This document shows, in pieces, positions 48,670 to 58,261 of a DNA stretch of 64,000 nt. The notes below the pieces were generated by a model. That model searched no databases and was not told the origin of the DNA. It saw nothing but the letters and a program-made list of their open reading frames with translations. Made by a program: the position numbers and the translations under genes. The DNA comes from Actinomycetota bacterium (GTDB lineage Bacteria; Actinomycetota; UBA4738; HRBIN12), in contig DATAEU010000033.1 in the NCBI GenBank assembly GCA_036257835.1, positions 1,198-65,197 of the forward strand. The letters run 5' to 3'. Numbering within the stretch: position 1 is the first letter of the stretch; every line of letters begins with the position of its first letter.

Positions 48670-49767
48670 ATGCCCGGGGAGACCGAACATCGACCGGCCA
48701 TGAGCTCGACCCACCGGTTCGTTCGACTCGGTGTCGCCGCTCTCGTGCTCGTCTCGATGGCGGCATGTACCGAGCAACCTGCGACCGAGCAAGCGCAGCA
48801 GACCCACCGGCTCTTCTACATCATCCTCGCCCTCGCGATCTTCGTCTCCGTCGTCGTGGAGGGCGCGCTGCTGTGGGCCATCGTCCGGTACCGGCGGCGT
48901 CCGGGCGACGACGAGGAGCCGCCGCAGCGCGAGGGCACAACCAGGATGATCATCGCGTTCTTCCTGTTCGGGACGGTTATCGTCGCCGCGCTCTTCCCGT
49001 TCGGCGAGGTGGCCCTGGGCAATATCGAACAGAACCCAACGCCCATCGTGACCATCGATGTCACCGGATCCCAGTGGCAATGGTCCGCCGTCTACTCGAA
49101 CGAGGGCGTCGTCGTCAGCGGGAAGACCTTCGTGCGGCCGCTCGTGATGGAGGTGCCCGTCGACGAGCCGGTCCGCATCAACCTCGTATCGAACGACGTG
49201 ATGCACGAGTTCTTCGTGCCCGCCTTCTACTTCATGCGCAACGCGCTTCCCGGACATCCCAACGTGTTCACGTGGACGCCGACCAGGATCGGCACGTACC
49301 GGGGGCAGTGCGCCGAGTTCTGCGGCCTCGGCCATTACCAGATGCGGTTCATCGTGAAGGTCGTGAACCCGACCGACTACCAGGCGTGGGTCCAGAAGGA
49401 ACGCAAATCGATCCTGAAGATCAACTGCCCGCCGGCGGCCGGGAACAATCTCGAGCTCACCGCCCACAACATCTCCTGGAACACCAACTGCCTGGCCATC
49501 ACCGCCGGCCAGTCCGCGTCGATCACCGTCCACAACCTCGACGCGGGGATCGACCACAACTTCGCGATCTGGAACAGCCTCGATACCACGCACCAATACT
49601 TCGCGATCCCGAAGTTCTCGGGTGTTGCGACACACTCGGCGAACCTTCCGCAGGAGGTCTCCCAGCTGAAACCCGGGAAGTACTACTTCCAGTGCAACGT
49701 GCACGGTCCGTCAATGTCGGGTGTGTTCATCGTCGAGCCGGCGGGCTCGGGACAGGGAGGGGGCTGA
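48670..49767 (+). CDS. ctaC: Cytochrome c oxidase subunit II (CuA) fused to a C-terminal cupredoxin (type-1 copper) domain
   Basis: CuA site CAEFCGLGHYQM. The C-terminal ~120 aa carry H (HNFAIW) and C-x2-H-x3-M (CNVHGPSM) blue-copper ligands. Start ATG 48670 or 48700. Confidence 0.8.
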   Translation: MPGETEHRPAMSSTHRFVRLGVAALVLVSMAACTEQPATEQAQQTHRLFYIILALAIFVSVVVEGALLWAIVRYRRRPGDDEEPPQREGTTRMIIAFFLFGTVIVAALFPFGEVALGNIEQNPTPIVTIDVTGSQWQWSAVYSNEGVVVSGKTFVRPLVMEVPVDEPVRINLVSNDVMHEFFVPAFYFMRNALPGHPNVFTWTPTRIGTYRGQCAEFCGLGHYQMRFIVKVVNPTDYQAWVQKERKSILKINCPPAAGNNLELTAHNISWNTNCLAITAGQSASITVHNLDAGIDHNFAIWNSLDTTHQYFAIPKFSGVATHSANLPQEVSQLKPGKYYFQCNVHGPSMSGVFIVEPAGSGQGGG

Positions 49768-49768
49768 G

Positions 49769-51409
49769 ATGGCCGTCGTCAAGGCGCCGACGCTCGCGCG
49801 GCCCGAACCGTTCCGGAGCCGGATCCTCGACTGGCTGACGACGACCGACCACAAGAAGATCGGCATCCTGTACTTCTTCAACTCGCTGGGTTTCTTCGCG
49901 ATCGGCGGCATCCTGGCGCTGCTGCTGCGGACGGAGCTGGCGCGCCCCGGGACGCAGTTCCTGTCCCCGCACGCCTACAACCAGGTCTTCACCGAGCACG
50001 GGACGCTGATGATCTTCCTGTTCGTTTTCCCGATGCTCGCCGGGTTCGGGAACTTCCTCGTGCCACTCCAGATCGGCGCGTTGGACATGGCGTTCCCGCG
50101 TATCAACGCGCTGTCGTTTTGGCTCCTGCCCGTGGGCGGGCTGACGATCCTGTCCGGTTTCCTGGTCAAGGGCGGCGCGGGCGCTTCCGGGTGGACGGGG
50201 TTCGCACCGCTCTCCGTGCAGGGCGGCAGCGGGATGGACCTGTGGGACCTCGGGCTGTTGATCGTCGGCACGTCCTCGCTCCTGGGCGCCATCAACTTCC
50301 TCGTCACGATCGTTCGGATGCGCGCCCCCGGCATGACGATGATGCGCATCCCGGTCTTCTGCTGGGCCGTCTTGGCGACCTCGCTCCTGGCCGTCCTCGC
50401 CATCCCGGTCTTCACGGCGGCGCTCCTGATGCTCCTGGCGGAGCGTCATCTCGGAACGGTGTTCTTCGACGCCTCCCACGGAGGAAGCCCGCTGATATGG
50501 CAGCACGCGTTCTGGTTCTTCGGTCACCCCGAGGTGTACATGCTGATCCTGATCGCGTGGGGCATCGTGTCCGAGGTCATCCCCGTTTTCTCCGGAAAGC
50601 CGTTGTACGGTTATCGCGGCGTGGTCCTGTCCTTCCTGATGGTGACGGCGCTCTCCTTCACGGTGTGGGCCCACCACATGTTCGCGACCGGCGCCGTCGA
50701 GCTGCCGTTCTTCAGCATCACGACCGAGTTGATCTCGCTCCCGACGGGCGTGCTGTTCTTCATGTGGCTGGGGACGATGTGGAAGGGGAAGCTCCGCTTC
50801 GAGCCCCCGATGCTGTTCGCGATCGGCTTCATCGCGATGTTCCTGATCGGCGGCATCGACGGGGTCTGGATGGCCTCGCCCGCCATGGACTTCGCGATCC
50901 ACGACACGTACTGGGTCGTCGCGCACATCCACTACGTGCTCTTCGGCGGCACGGTCTTCGGCATCATGGCCGGGATGTACTACTGGTTCCCGAAGGTCAC
51001 CGGTCGGTTCCTGTCGCGCCGGCTCGGTATCTGGCAGTTCTGGATCCAGCTGATCGGGTTCAACCTGACCTTCTTCCCGATGCACGTCCTCGGCCTGCGG
51101 GGCATGCCGCGGCGCATCGCCGACTACCTGCCGAACGAAGGGTGGACCGGGTTGAACACCCTGGCCACGATCGGCGCGTACGTGATCGCGGTCTCCATCG
51201 CTCTCTTCTTCATCAACGTGTTCGTGTCCCTGCGCAAGCCGCGGGACGCGCCCGACGACGCGTGGGGCGCCGGCAACTCGCTCGAATGGGCGACCACATC
51301 TCCTCCGCCGGCGCACAACTTCGACGTCATGCCCGAGGTGCGCTCGGGGCGCCCCGTCTACGACATGCGGATGCACGCCCGAGCACAGGGGGGTGGATCC
51401 ACGCCGTGA
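49769..51409 (+). CDS. ctaD: Cytochrome c oxidase subunit I
   Basis: ATG after GGGAGGGGG. Canonical heme-copper oxidase motifs (WFFGHPEVY, HHMF, VAHFHYVL). Confidence 0.95.
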   Translation: MAVVKAPTLARPEPFRSRILDWLTTTDHKKIGILYFFNSLGFFAIGGILALLLRTELARPGTQFLSPHAYNQVFTEHGTLMIFLFVFPMLAGFGNFLVPLQIGALDMAFPRINALSFWLLPVGGLTILSGFLVKGGAGASGWTGFAPLSVQGGSGMDLWDLGLLIVGTSSLLGAINFLVTIVRMRAPGMTMMRIPVFCWAVLATSLLAVLAIPVFTAALLMLLAERHLGTVFFDASHGGSPLIWQHAFWFFGHPEVYMLILIAWGIVSEVIPVFSGKPLYGYRGVVLSFLMVTALSFTVWAHHMFATGAVELPFFSITTELISLPTGVLFFMWLGTMWKGKLRFEPPMLFAIGFIAMFLIGGIDGVWMASPAMDFAIHDTYWVVAHIHYVLFGGTVFGIMAGMYYWFPKVTGRFLSRRLGIWQFWIQLIGFNLTFFPMHVLGLRGMPRRIADYLPNEGWTGLNTLATIGAYVIAVSIALFFINVFVSLRKPRDAPDDAWGAGNSLEWATTSPPPAHNFDVMPEVRSGRPVYDMRMHARAQGGGSTP

Positions 51410-51993
51410 GCGCGACCGAGCTGTTCACCGACGAGCGCGCCGTCCGCGGGACGAGCAGCCCCGTGATGGGGATGGTCCTGTTCGTCGCGGGCGAGGCCCT
51501 GTTCTTCGCGGCGTTGTTCGGCGCCTACTTCTCCGTGCGGACGTCGGCCTCGGTGTGGCCCCCGAAGTCGATCGGCGTCCCCGAGCTCGCGGTCCCCTCG
51601 GTCCTGACGGTGCTCCTGGTCACGAGCAGCGTCGTCCTGCAGATCGGCGTGGCCGCCGTGCGGAGCGGTCGGATCGATTCCTTCCGGAACCTCCTCGGGC
51701 TCACGATCCTGCTGGGGCTGTGCTTCCTGGCGCTCCAGGCCTACGACTACTCGCAGCTGACCTTCGGTATCCGTGACGGGATCTATCCCAGCCTCTTCTA
51801 CGTGATGACGGGCCTGCACATGGCGCACGTCGCCGGGGGCGTCGTCTTGCTCTCGCTGGTCATGGGACAGACGACGACCGGCCAGATCTCGCTCCAACGG
51901 CACGAGCCGGTCGAGGCGGCCACGATCTACTGGCACTTCGTCGACATCGTATGGCTCGGCCTGTTCACGGCGTTCTACCTGAGCGTGCGGTAG
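51406..51993 (+). CDS. ctaE: Cytochrome c oxidase subunit III (short form)
   Basis: GTGA overlap with ctaD. About 5 TM helices. Confidence 0.8.
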   Translation: MSATELFTDERAVRGTSSPVMGMVLFVAGEALFFAALFGAYFSVRTSASVWPPKSIGVPELAVPSVLTVLLVTSSVVLQIGVAAVRSGRIDSFRNLLGLTILLGLCFLALQAYDYSQLTFGIRDGIYPSLFYVMTGLHMAHVAGGVVLLSLVMGQTTTGQISLQRHEPVEAATIYWHFVDIVWLGLFTAFYLSVR

Positions 51994-52003
51994 GGAGACG
52001 GAG

Positions 52004-52471
52004 ATGAGGGTCGCGATGCGGATCGTGCTCGCGCTGGCGATCTTCATCCTCGTCGCCGGCGTCGTCTACCTGGTCTCCTCGTCGGAGGCGCGCGGCAGCG
52101 TGATGCTGATCGTGTTGGCGATCTCGTTGACCTACCTCACCCTCGTGTTTCGAGGCGCGCTCCGTCGGGCCTCGGTCGCGGCGACGCCCGAGACGATGGA
52201 GGAGGAGGAGGTCGCCGAGGCGCACATCGGCCCGACGATCTGGCCGTTCGTCTTCTCTCTCGCCGCCGTGCTCCTCGTGTTCGGGCTCGTCGGCCTGCAC
52301 TGGATCGTGATCCCCGGCGTGATCCTTCTGATCGGCGCCGCGGCGGGTTGGTTTCTCGACATCAAGCACCAATGGCACCCCGGTGAGCTCCACGCCGCGG
52401 GCGCCCGCGGATCCGAGCCCCCCTCACCCCTTCAGGGCGAGCAGCAGCGCGATGAGGCCGATCGCGAGTAG
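52004..52471 (+). CDS. ctaF: Cytochrome c oxidase subunit IV (actinobacterial CtaF-like)
   Basis: RBS GGGAGACGGAG. A small 4-TM protein directly after ctaE, as in actinobacterial cta operons. Confidence 0.55.
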   Translation: MRVAMRIVLALAIFILVAGVVYLVSSSEARGSVMLIVLAISLTYLTLVFRGALRRASVAATPETMEEEEVAEAHIGPTIWPFVFSLAAVLLVFGLVGLHWIVIPGVILLIGAAAGWFLDIKHQWHPGELHAAGARGSEPPSPLQGEQQRDEADRE

Positions 52472-52606
52472 CACGGAGAGGAAGACTGTCGCATGCGACT
52501 GGGTAGCGCTCGGGGCGGGGAGGCCCGCGGGGTTACACCGGCGGCAGACGGTCATCCCGGGCGGAAGCGCGATCTTGCAGCGCATGCATCGATCCGAGCG
52601 CGGCAT
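52424..52606 (-). CDS. Small C4 zinc-ribbon protein with a C-terminal TM helix (60 aa)
   Basis: C-x2-C-x12-C-x2-C (CMRCK...CRRCN) plus FLSVLLAIGLIALLLAL. It overlaps the ctaF 3' end in antisense. Confidence 0.3.
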   Translation of the reverse strand: MPRSDRCMRCKIALPPGMTVCRRCNPAGLPAPSATQSHATVFLSVLLAIGLIALLLALKG

Positions 52607-52647
52607 CCGTTGATCCTACGCCGTACGGAGCCGATGAGGCGATCGGG

Positions 52648-53277
52648 ATGATTGCGAACGCGATCACCCTTTGGCTGGTCCCGGCGGTGCTGGCGGTGTT
52701 GGTCATCGCCGCGGCGTGGGTCGGTGTCCGTTGGTACTACTCGGAATATCTGGGCAGCCTCGGCGGCGCGCCGCTCCTGCAACGGCTGAACACCCGCCAG
52801 CTTCGCTCGATCGCCCGCTCGGCCGCGCGGCAGGAGTTCGGACCGGCCGGTCGCATCGTCTCGGAGGGCGAACGGGGCGACGGTTTCTACGTGCTCGAGA
52901 CGGGATCTGCAACGGTGACCGTTCGTGGCGATCCTGTCGCGACACTTGGCCCCGGGAGCTACTTCGGCGAGATGGCCGTGATCGACGAAGGACCACGAAC
53001 GGCGACGATCGTGGCCGACACACCCACGACGGTGTTGCACCTTCCGTCGTCCGCTCTGCGCACGCTCGTTCAGCGCGATCCCACGATCGGCGACGCGGTC
53101 GCGGCCGAGCTCGAGCAGCGGCTCCGGAACGCCGGTGGCGAGATCCCGGCCGCCTCTGGCGAGACCTCGGCCATCCAGCGCCTCGAGATGCTCTCCGGGG
53201 AGTTGCGCCGCGTCCGCCACGAGGACTGGGGCTCGCAGGCCGTCGCACGCCGCAGGTGGTGGCCTGTGGGCCGATGA
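52648..53277 (+). CDS. Membrane-anchored cyclic nucleotide-binding domain protein
   Basis: N-terminal TM helix followed by a cNMP-binding domain (FGEMAVIDEGPRTATIVA). Confidence 0.7.
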   Translation: MIANAITLWLVPAVLAVLVIAAAWVGVRWYYSEYLGSLGGAPLLQRLNTRQLRSIARSAARQEFGPAGRIVSEGERGDGFYVLETGSATVTVRGDPVATLGPGSYFGEMAVIDEGPRTATIVADTPTTVLHLPSSALRTLVQRDPTIGDAVAAELEQRLRNAGGEIPAASGETSAIQRLEMLSGELRRVRHEDWGSQAVARRRWWPVGR

Positions 53278-53630
53278 GGCGCCTCGACGCGTGCTGAGAT
53301 CGGGGATCTCGTGGGCTACCGTGAACGGCTCTTTGGCGTTCAGGCGGCCGTCGTCCGACCTCGGCCGCCCCGTTCGGTGGCGGCGAGGTCGACCGTGAAG
53401 CTGCCGCACGCGCATTCCGAGAACAGGCAGCCGCGCGGCTCGTCGTCGGCGTGGATGAACTCGGAATGCACGCACGTGGCGCACGGCCGGCGGAGGGGAT
53501 CGGCCCCGGTGCGTTCGGCGCGCAGCGCGTGGGCGAACATGCGCCCACGGTACGGTGGCCGGGGGATGCCAGCATCGGGCGAAAGGCCATCGAGCCTCCG
53601 ACCAAAGGCCGAACGGCGCGAACGCCGGCC

Positions 53631-55355
53631 TCAGCCCGAGAGCCGGCGCGACTCCGCGTACGGGAAGATGTCGACGATCTCGCCCTCGGCGATCCGTCGC
53701 TGGATCTCGCGCCACGACCGTGCCTCGTACAGGTCGCGGTGGCGGTCCTCGAACGCATCGAGGAGGTCGCGCGGCAACCCGACGAACCGCGGGAACTCCT
53801 CCGGGAAGACGTCGTAGGGCGCCGCCCCGAACCACGCCTCCTCGAACGAGTCGTCCTCGAGGGTCGACTGCGGAAGGTCGCGGAACGTGAAGTCGAGCAG
53901 CATGCCGAGCTCGTCGTAGTCGTAGCAGACGACCCGCCCGTGCCGCGTCAGCCCGAAGTTCTTCGGCAGGAGGTCGCCCGGGAAGACGTTGGTCGCGGCG
54001 AGGTCCTTGATCGACTGGCCGAAGTCGACGACGGCGGCGACGCGCGACGGCGGCATCGCCGATCTCACATATACATCGAGCGGCGTGACCCGGCGCTCGA
54101 CGTACGCGTGGTGCACGACGACGGCGTCCTGCGTCACCGCGACGTGCCGTCCGCACGCGCGACCGAGCTCGTCGGCCAGCTGCTCGGTGAAGCGGTCCCG
54201 GTCGAACCGCAGGTGCTCGAACTCCTGCGCCTCGACCAGCCGACCGGCGCGGTCGTGCCGGAAGACCAGCCGGTACTTCTGCATGACGCTTGACCGGGTC
54301 ACGGTCTTCGCCGCCGGGATCTCGTCGCGGATGATCTTGAAGACGACGTCGTAGCCGGGCATGCCGAACACCACCATGACGAGCCCCGGGGTTCCGGGCA
54401 CGAAGTCGAACCGGCCGTCCGTCGTCGAGAGGTGTCGGAGCAGGTCGCGGTAGAGCTCGGTCTTGCCGTGCTTGTGGAACCCGATCGCGATGTAGATCTC
54501 GGCCAGGGGCTTCCGCGGCATCAGCCGCTTCAGGAACGAGACGAGCGCCGACGGCGGTCCGGCATCGACGTGGAAGTGCGACCGCGTGAAGCTGAACAGG
54601 ATCGACAGGTCGTTCTCGCCGAGGAGCACCGCATCGACGCCGACGCCACGGTCGTCGTGCAGCAGGGCGAGCGCGAAGGGCACCTCGGCGTTCGCGCCCA
54701 GCGCCCGCCCGACGAGGTACGCGCCCTTGCGCCGGAAGAACGGTGTCGAGACGATCTCGAGCGCCGTGGGCGGTTCGCCGAGCGCCGTCTCCACGCGATC
54801 GGCCGCGCGGCCGGCATGGGTCGCCAGGTCGTCGAACGACGCGCCGGGCATGCCGGTCCGGACGATGTGTTCGGCCATCGCCGCCGCCGATCCCGCCGTC
54901 CGATCGACGCGCGTGATCCCGAGCGTGGCGACCGGCCCGCGCCGTCGATCGGCGTCGGTCTCGACGAACTCGATGTTCGCGTCGACACCGACCGTCGCGA
55001 AGATGCGACGGGTGACCGAGTTGAAGAAGGTCTCCGCGATCTCCCGGTCGTCTCGGTCGCCGATGAGGCCCGAGTAGACCGCCTTGATCCCCGTCCACGT
55101 GTCGCGATCGTCGATCCCGTCGCCGAGGCGGTCGCGGATCGTCGCTTCGACGGCGTCGATCACGGCGCCGTACAGGTCGAGGCGCTCGACGGCGTCGCCC
55201 ACCATCGCGCGCCAGTCCCGCGTGTCGAACCGAGAGCGCGCGCGACGCGTGATCTCCTGGAACCTGCGCTGGTGCTCGGCGAACGCCTCAGCGACCGCCG
55301 GCGCCGTGTCGTTCGCGAGACGGCTCGCGGTGAGCGTCTTGCCCTGGTCGGCCAT
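53631..55355 (-). CDS. aceK: Bifunctional isocitrate dehydrogenase kinase/phosphatase
   Basis: 574 aa. Collinear with AceK, including the C-terminal block YDYDELGMLLDFTFRDLP...PYDVFPEEFPRF. Confidence 0.8.
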   Translation of the reverse strand: MADQGKTLTASRLANDTAPAVAEAFAEHQRRFQEITRRARSRFDTRDWRAMVGDAVERLDLYGAVIDAVEATIRDRLGDGIDDRDTWTGIKAVYSGLIGDRDDREIAETFFNSVTRRIFATVGVDANIEFVETDADRRRGPVATLGITRVDRTAGSAAAMAEHIVRTGMPGASFDDLATHAGRAADRVETALGEPPTALEIVSTPFFRRKGAYLVGRALGANAEVPFALALLHDDRGVGVDAVLLGENDLSILFSFTRSHFHVDAGPPSALVSFLKRLMPRKPLAEIYIAIGFHKHGKTELYRDLLRHLSTTDGRFDFVPGTPGLVMVVFGMPGYDVVFKIIRDEIPAAKTVTRSSVMQKYRLVFRHDRAGRLVEAQEFEHLRFDRDRFTEQLADELGRACGRHVAVTQDAVVVHHAYVERRVTPLDVYVRSAMPPSRVAAVVDFGQSIKDLAATNVFPGDLLPKNFGLTRHGRVVCYDYDELGMLLDFTFRDLPQSTLEDDSFEEAWFGAAPYDVFPEEFPRFVGLPRDLLDAFEDRHRDLYEARSWREIQRRIAEGEIVDIFPYAESRRLSG

Positions 55356-55391
55356 GCGGGCCGAGCGTACCCCGCTCGCCGCGCCCGCCGG

Positions 55392-55574
55392 CTATCGCGA
55401 GTCGGATCGTCCCCCGCCGTAGGGGCGGTCCAGCCGGCGGCCGGTCGCCCACGTCGCCTCGAGGTCCGCGCGTTGGCACGGGAAGCACGTCCGATCGGTG
55501 TTGGCGGCCGAGAGGTACGCGCCGCAGCGGCGGCACCGCCGGCGATCGGTCGATCGATGCGAGTTCTCCTCCAT
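55392..55574 (-). CDS. Small C4 zinc-ribbon protein (60 aa), paralogous in pattern to 52424..52606
   Basis: C-x2-C-x13-C-x2-C (CRRCGAYLSAANTDRTCFPCQ), immediately upstream of aceK on the same strand. Confidence 0.3.
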   Translation of the reverse strand: MEENSHRSTDRRRCRRCGAYLSAANTDRTCFPCQRADLEATWATGRRLDRPYGGGRSDSR

Positions 55575-55680
55575 CGCCCGGCGACTATGGCCGGACGGGC
55601 GTCCGCGCGTTGGGCCCGATGGACCCCGGCCCGGCGGGACGTTTGGGACGGTAACGGGTCCGTGGTGAACGTCTCGTCCG

Positions 55681-56238
55681 TTACGCCCGCAGCGCGGCGC
55701 CGATCAGCGCCGATGCGAGGGCGGCGAGACCGCCGATTGCGATGAACTGCAGGCCGTCGCGCCACCACGGGCGCCGCGTCACGCCGGCCTTGTAGCCGCC
55801 GAGCCCGAACAGCGCGACGACGGAGAGCACCCCAGCCGCCACCGTCGCCGAGTGGATCGGCAAGACGATGAAGGGCGCGAGCGGGATCGCCGCCGCGACG
55901 AGGGCTGCCGCGAAGGTGACGATCGCGGCGGTGAGGGGGTCCCGGACGCGCGCCCGGTCGCCTGCGTCGCCGCTGCGCTCGAGGAGGTCGCGCTCGGCGC
56001 ACGTCGAGGTGTAGAGCACCTCGCCCATCGAGATCGCTTCGGCGATGCCGGACGCGAGCCCGGCCATCGCGACGATGCGGACGCTCCCCGACCCGATCGC
56101 CACGCCGAGCACGGTCGCCAGCACGTTGATCAGGTTGTCCTGCGCACCGAGGATGACCTCACGCAGCGTGCTCGATCCGCGCGGTGCGGCAGCGGCCTCC
56201 GGTTGCTCATCGCGCACGACGTGGAGCGCGGTTTCCAT
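55681..56238 (-). CDS. VIT1/CCC1 family protein (putative Fe/Mn transporter); alternative start at 56352
   Basis: REVILGAQDNLINVLATVLGVA and a C-terminal TM bundle. Confidence 0.65.
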   Translation of the reverse strand: METALHVVRDEQPEAAAAPRGSSTLREVILGAQDNLINVLATVLGVAIGSGSVRIVAMAGLASGIAEAISMGEVLYTSTCAERDLLERSGDAGDRARVRDPLTAAIVTFAAALVAAAIPLAPFIVLPIHSATVAAGVLSVVALFGLGGYKAGVTRRPWWRDGLQFIAIGGLAALASALIGAALRA

Positions 56239-56434
56239 GGGCGCAGGGTCACCGATGGCCGAACGCCGTGCCGGGGTCGGTAGACCCACGCCGACCCCTG
56301 CCGAACGGGCACGATCGTGAGAACGTGCGAGTGACGGCGTGGAGGCCGACACGCCGCCGGCGGAGCGTCCGGTCCTTCGACGACGTTTCGGCGGCAGACG
56401 GCGCTACGCGAGGACGCGGCGGCGGCAGACGACG

Positions 56435-57277
56435 CTACGCGAGGACGCGGCGGCGGAAGCCGCGGACCCCGATCCACGTGAGCAGGACGGCGAAGCCGGT
56501 CAGCGCCGCGTAGACGGCGACCGCCGGCATGTGCTCCACGCCCGATGTCAACGCCATGCGGAAGCCTTCGCTCATGTAGACGAGCGGGTTGATCAGGACG
56601 GCGACCTGAAGCCACGGGATCGCGTCCAGCCGCGTCCACGGGTAGTAGACGGCCCCAAGGAACGTGATCGGGATGACGATGATCGAGAACATCAACGGCA
56701 CCTGCTGCGGGGCGATCCGCGTCCCGAGCACCAGCCCGAGCGCCGCGGCGGTCCACGCGGCAAGCGGCGCGATCGTGACGAGGAACAGCGGGTGGATGCT
56801 CAGGCGCACGTCGGTCGCGGGGATGACGGCGGCGAGCGGGAACACGACCAACGCGGCGATGAGCCCCTGCACCGCGCCGGCGACGATCTTCTCGATCGCC
56901 ACGCCCCGGATCGGCATCGGCGCCATCACGCGATCCTCGATCTCGCGCGTGTAGCCGAACTCCTGCACCAGTGGCAGCGCGACGGACTGCACGCCTTGGA
57001 ACACGACGGACGTGGCCATGACGCCGGCCATCAGCAGCGTCGAGAACGCCGCCTCGGCCTGCCTCGAACCGCCGATGCCCTCGCCGATCTTCGGGAAGAC
57101 GTAGGTGAAGACGAACACGAGCAGCAGCGGCTGCATGATCGTGCGGATCAGGAAGGCGACGACGTTGCGGCGGAGGACGTGGAGGTCGCGGAGCAGCAGT
57201 CCGACGAACGCCGTTCGCGCCGCGCTGCGCGCGGGACGGAGCGCCATGAGGGCTCGCGTGGTCGTCGTTGCGGTCAT
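56435..57277 (-). CDS. ABC-2 type transporter permease
   Basis: 6-TM ABC-2 fold. ATGA overlap with the ATPase gene. Confidence 0.8.
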   Translation of the reverse strand: MTATTTTRALMALRPARSAARTAFVGLLLRDLHVLRRNVVAFLIRTIMQPLLLVFVFTYVFPKIGEGIGGSRQAEAAFSTLLMAGVMATSVVFQGVQSVALPLVQEFGYTREIEDRVMAPMPIRGVAIEKIVAGAVQGLIAALVVFPLAAVIPATDVRLSIHPLFLVTIAPLAAWTAAALGLVLGTRIAPQQVPLMFSIIVIPITFLGAVYYPWTRLDAIPWLQVAVLINPLVYMSEGFRMALTSGVEHMPAVAVYAALTGFAVLLTWIGVRGFRRRVLA

Positions 57278-58218
57278 TCGCGGAGGTCCTTTCCGGTCAG
57301 CCTGATGAAGACCGTCTCGAGGGTCGGCTCGGCGGACGAGAGCTCGGTGACGCGGAAGCCGGCCGCCTCGGCCGCGTCGACCACCTTCGGCACGACGCCG
57401 GTGATGCCCTTCACCTGCAGGCTGACGGCGCCGTCCGACACCGAGGCGTCGGTTGCGCCCGGCATCGAGCGAAGCGCGCCGGCGAGCGCCACCGCGTCGC
57501 CGTCGGTGACGACGCGAACGACGGTCTCCGCGTCGATCGAGGACTTGAGCCTCACCGGCGTGTCAAGCGCCAGGATGTGCCCGTGGTCCATGATCGCGAC
57601 GCGGTCGCAGAGCCGATCGGCTTCCTCCATGTAGTGCGTCGTGAGCAGGACCGTCTGTCCGCCCTCGTGGAGCTCGTGGACGATGTCCCAGAGCGCGAGC
57701 CGGCTCTGCGGATCGAGCCCGGCGGTGGGCTCGTCCATGAACAGTATGTGCGGCCGGTGCATGATGGCGCGCGCGACCATCAGTCGCTGGGCCATCCCGC
57801 CCGAGAGCGCGTACACGCTCGCGCCCGCGCGATCGGTGAGCCGGAACCGCTCGAGCAGCTCGTCGGCGTTCGCGTGCGCCTCGGCGCTGCTCATGCCGAA
57901 GTAGCGGCCGTGATAGTAGAGGTTGTCCCAGACGGTTAGGCTCCGGTCGAGCGTGCTCGTCTGCGCGACGACGCCGATCGCCTGCTTCGCGAGCGCCGGC
58001 TCGGCCACGACGTCGACCCCGCCGACCCAGGCGCGGCCCGACGTGGGAACGATCCGCGTCGAGAGCATCCCGACGGTCGTCGTCTTGCCGGCGCCGTTCG
58101 GTCCCAGCAGGCCGAAGACCTCGCCGGTCGGGATCTCGAGGTTCAGCGCGTCGACGGCGAGGACGGTTCCCGGATAGCGCTTCGTCAGCGCCTCGGTGCG
58201 GATCGCCTCGCTCTGCAC
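57274..58218 (-). CDS. ABC transporter ATP-binding protein (ABC-2/DrrA-like)
   Basis: GPNGAGKTTT, LSGGMAQR, DEPTAGLD. Confidence 0.9.
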   Translation of the reverse strand: MQSEAIRTEALTKRYPGTVLAVDALNLEIPTGEVFGLLGPNGAGKTTTVGMLSTRIVPTSGRAWVGGVDVVAEPALAKQAIGVVAQTSTLDRSLTVWDNLYYHGRYFGMSSAEAHANADELLERFRLTDRAGASVYALSGGMAQRLMVARAIMHRPHILFMDEPTAGLDPQSRLALWDIVHELHEGGQTVLLTTHYMEEADRLCDRVAIMDHGHILALDTPVRLKSSIDAETVVRVVTDGDAVALAGALRSMPGATDASVSDGAVSLQVKGITGVVPKVVDAAEAAGFRVTELSSAEPTLETVFIRLTGKDLRE

Positions 58219-58261
58219 GCTCGAACCTCCGGTCTCGGCTGCGGAGGGCCGGAGATCGAGT

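Noticed and set aside
53340-53540. 66-aa Cys-rich ORF in the 350-nt gap downstream of aceK
   Set aside because: It has no RBS and no recognisable fold beyond scattered Cys. It could equally be chance in GC-rich DNA. Only a conservation search could rescue it.
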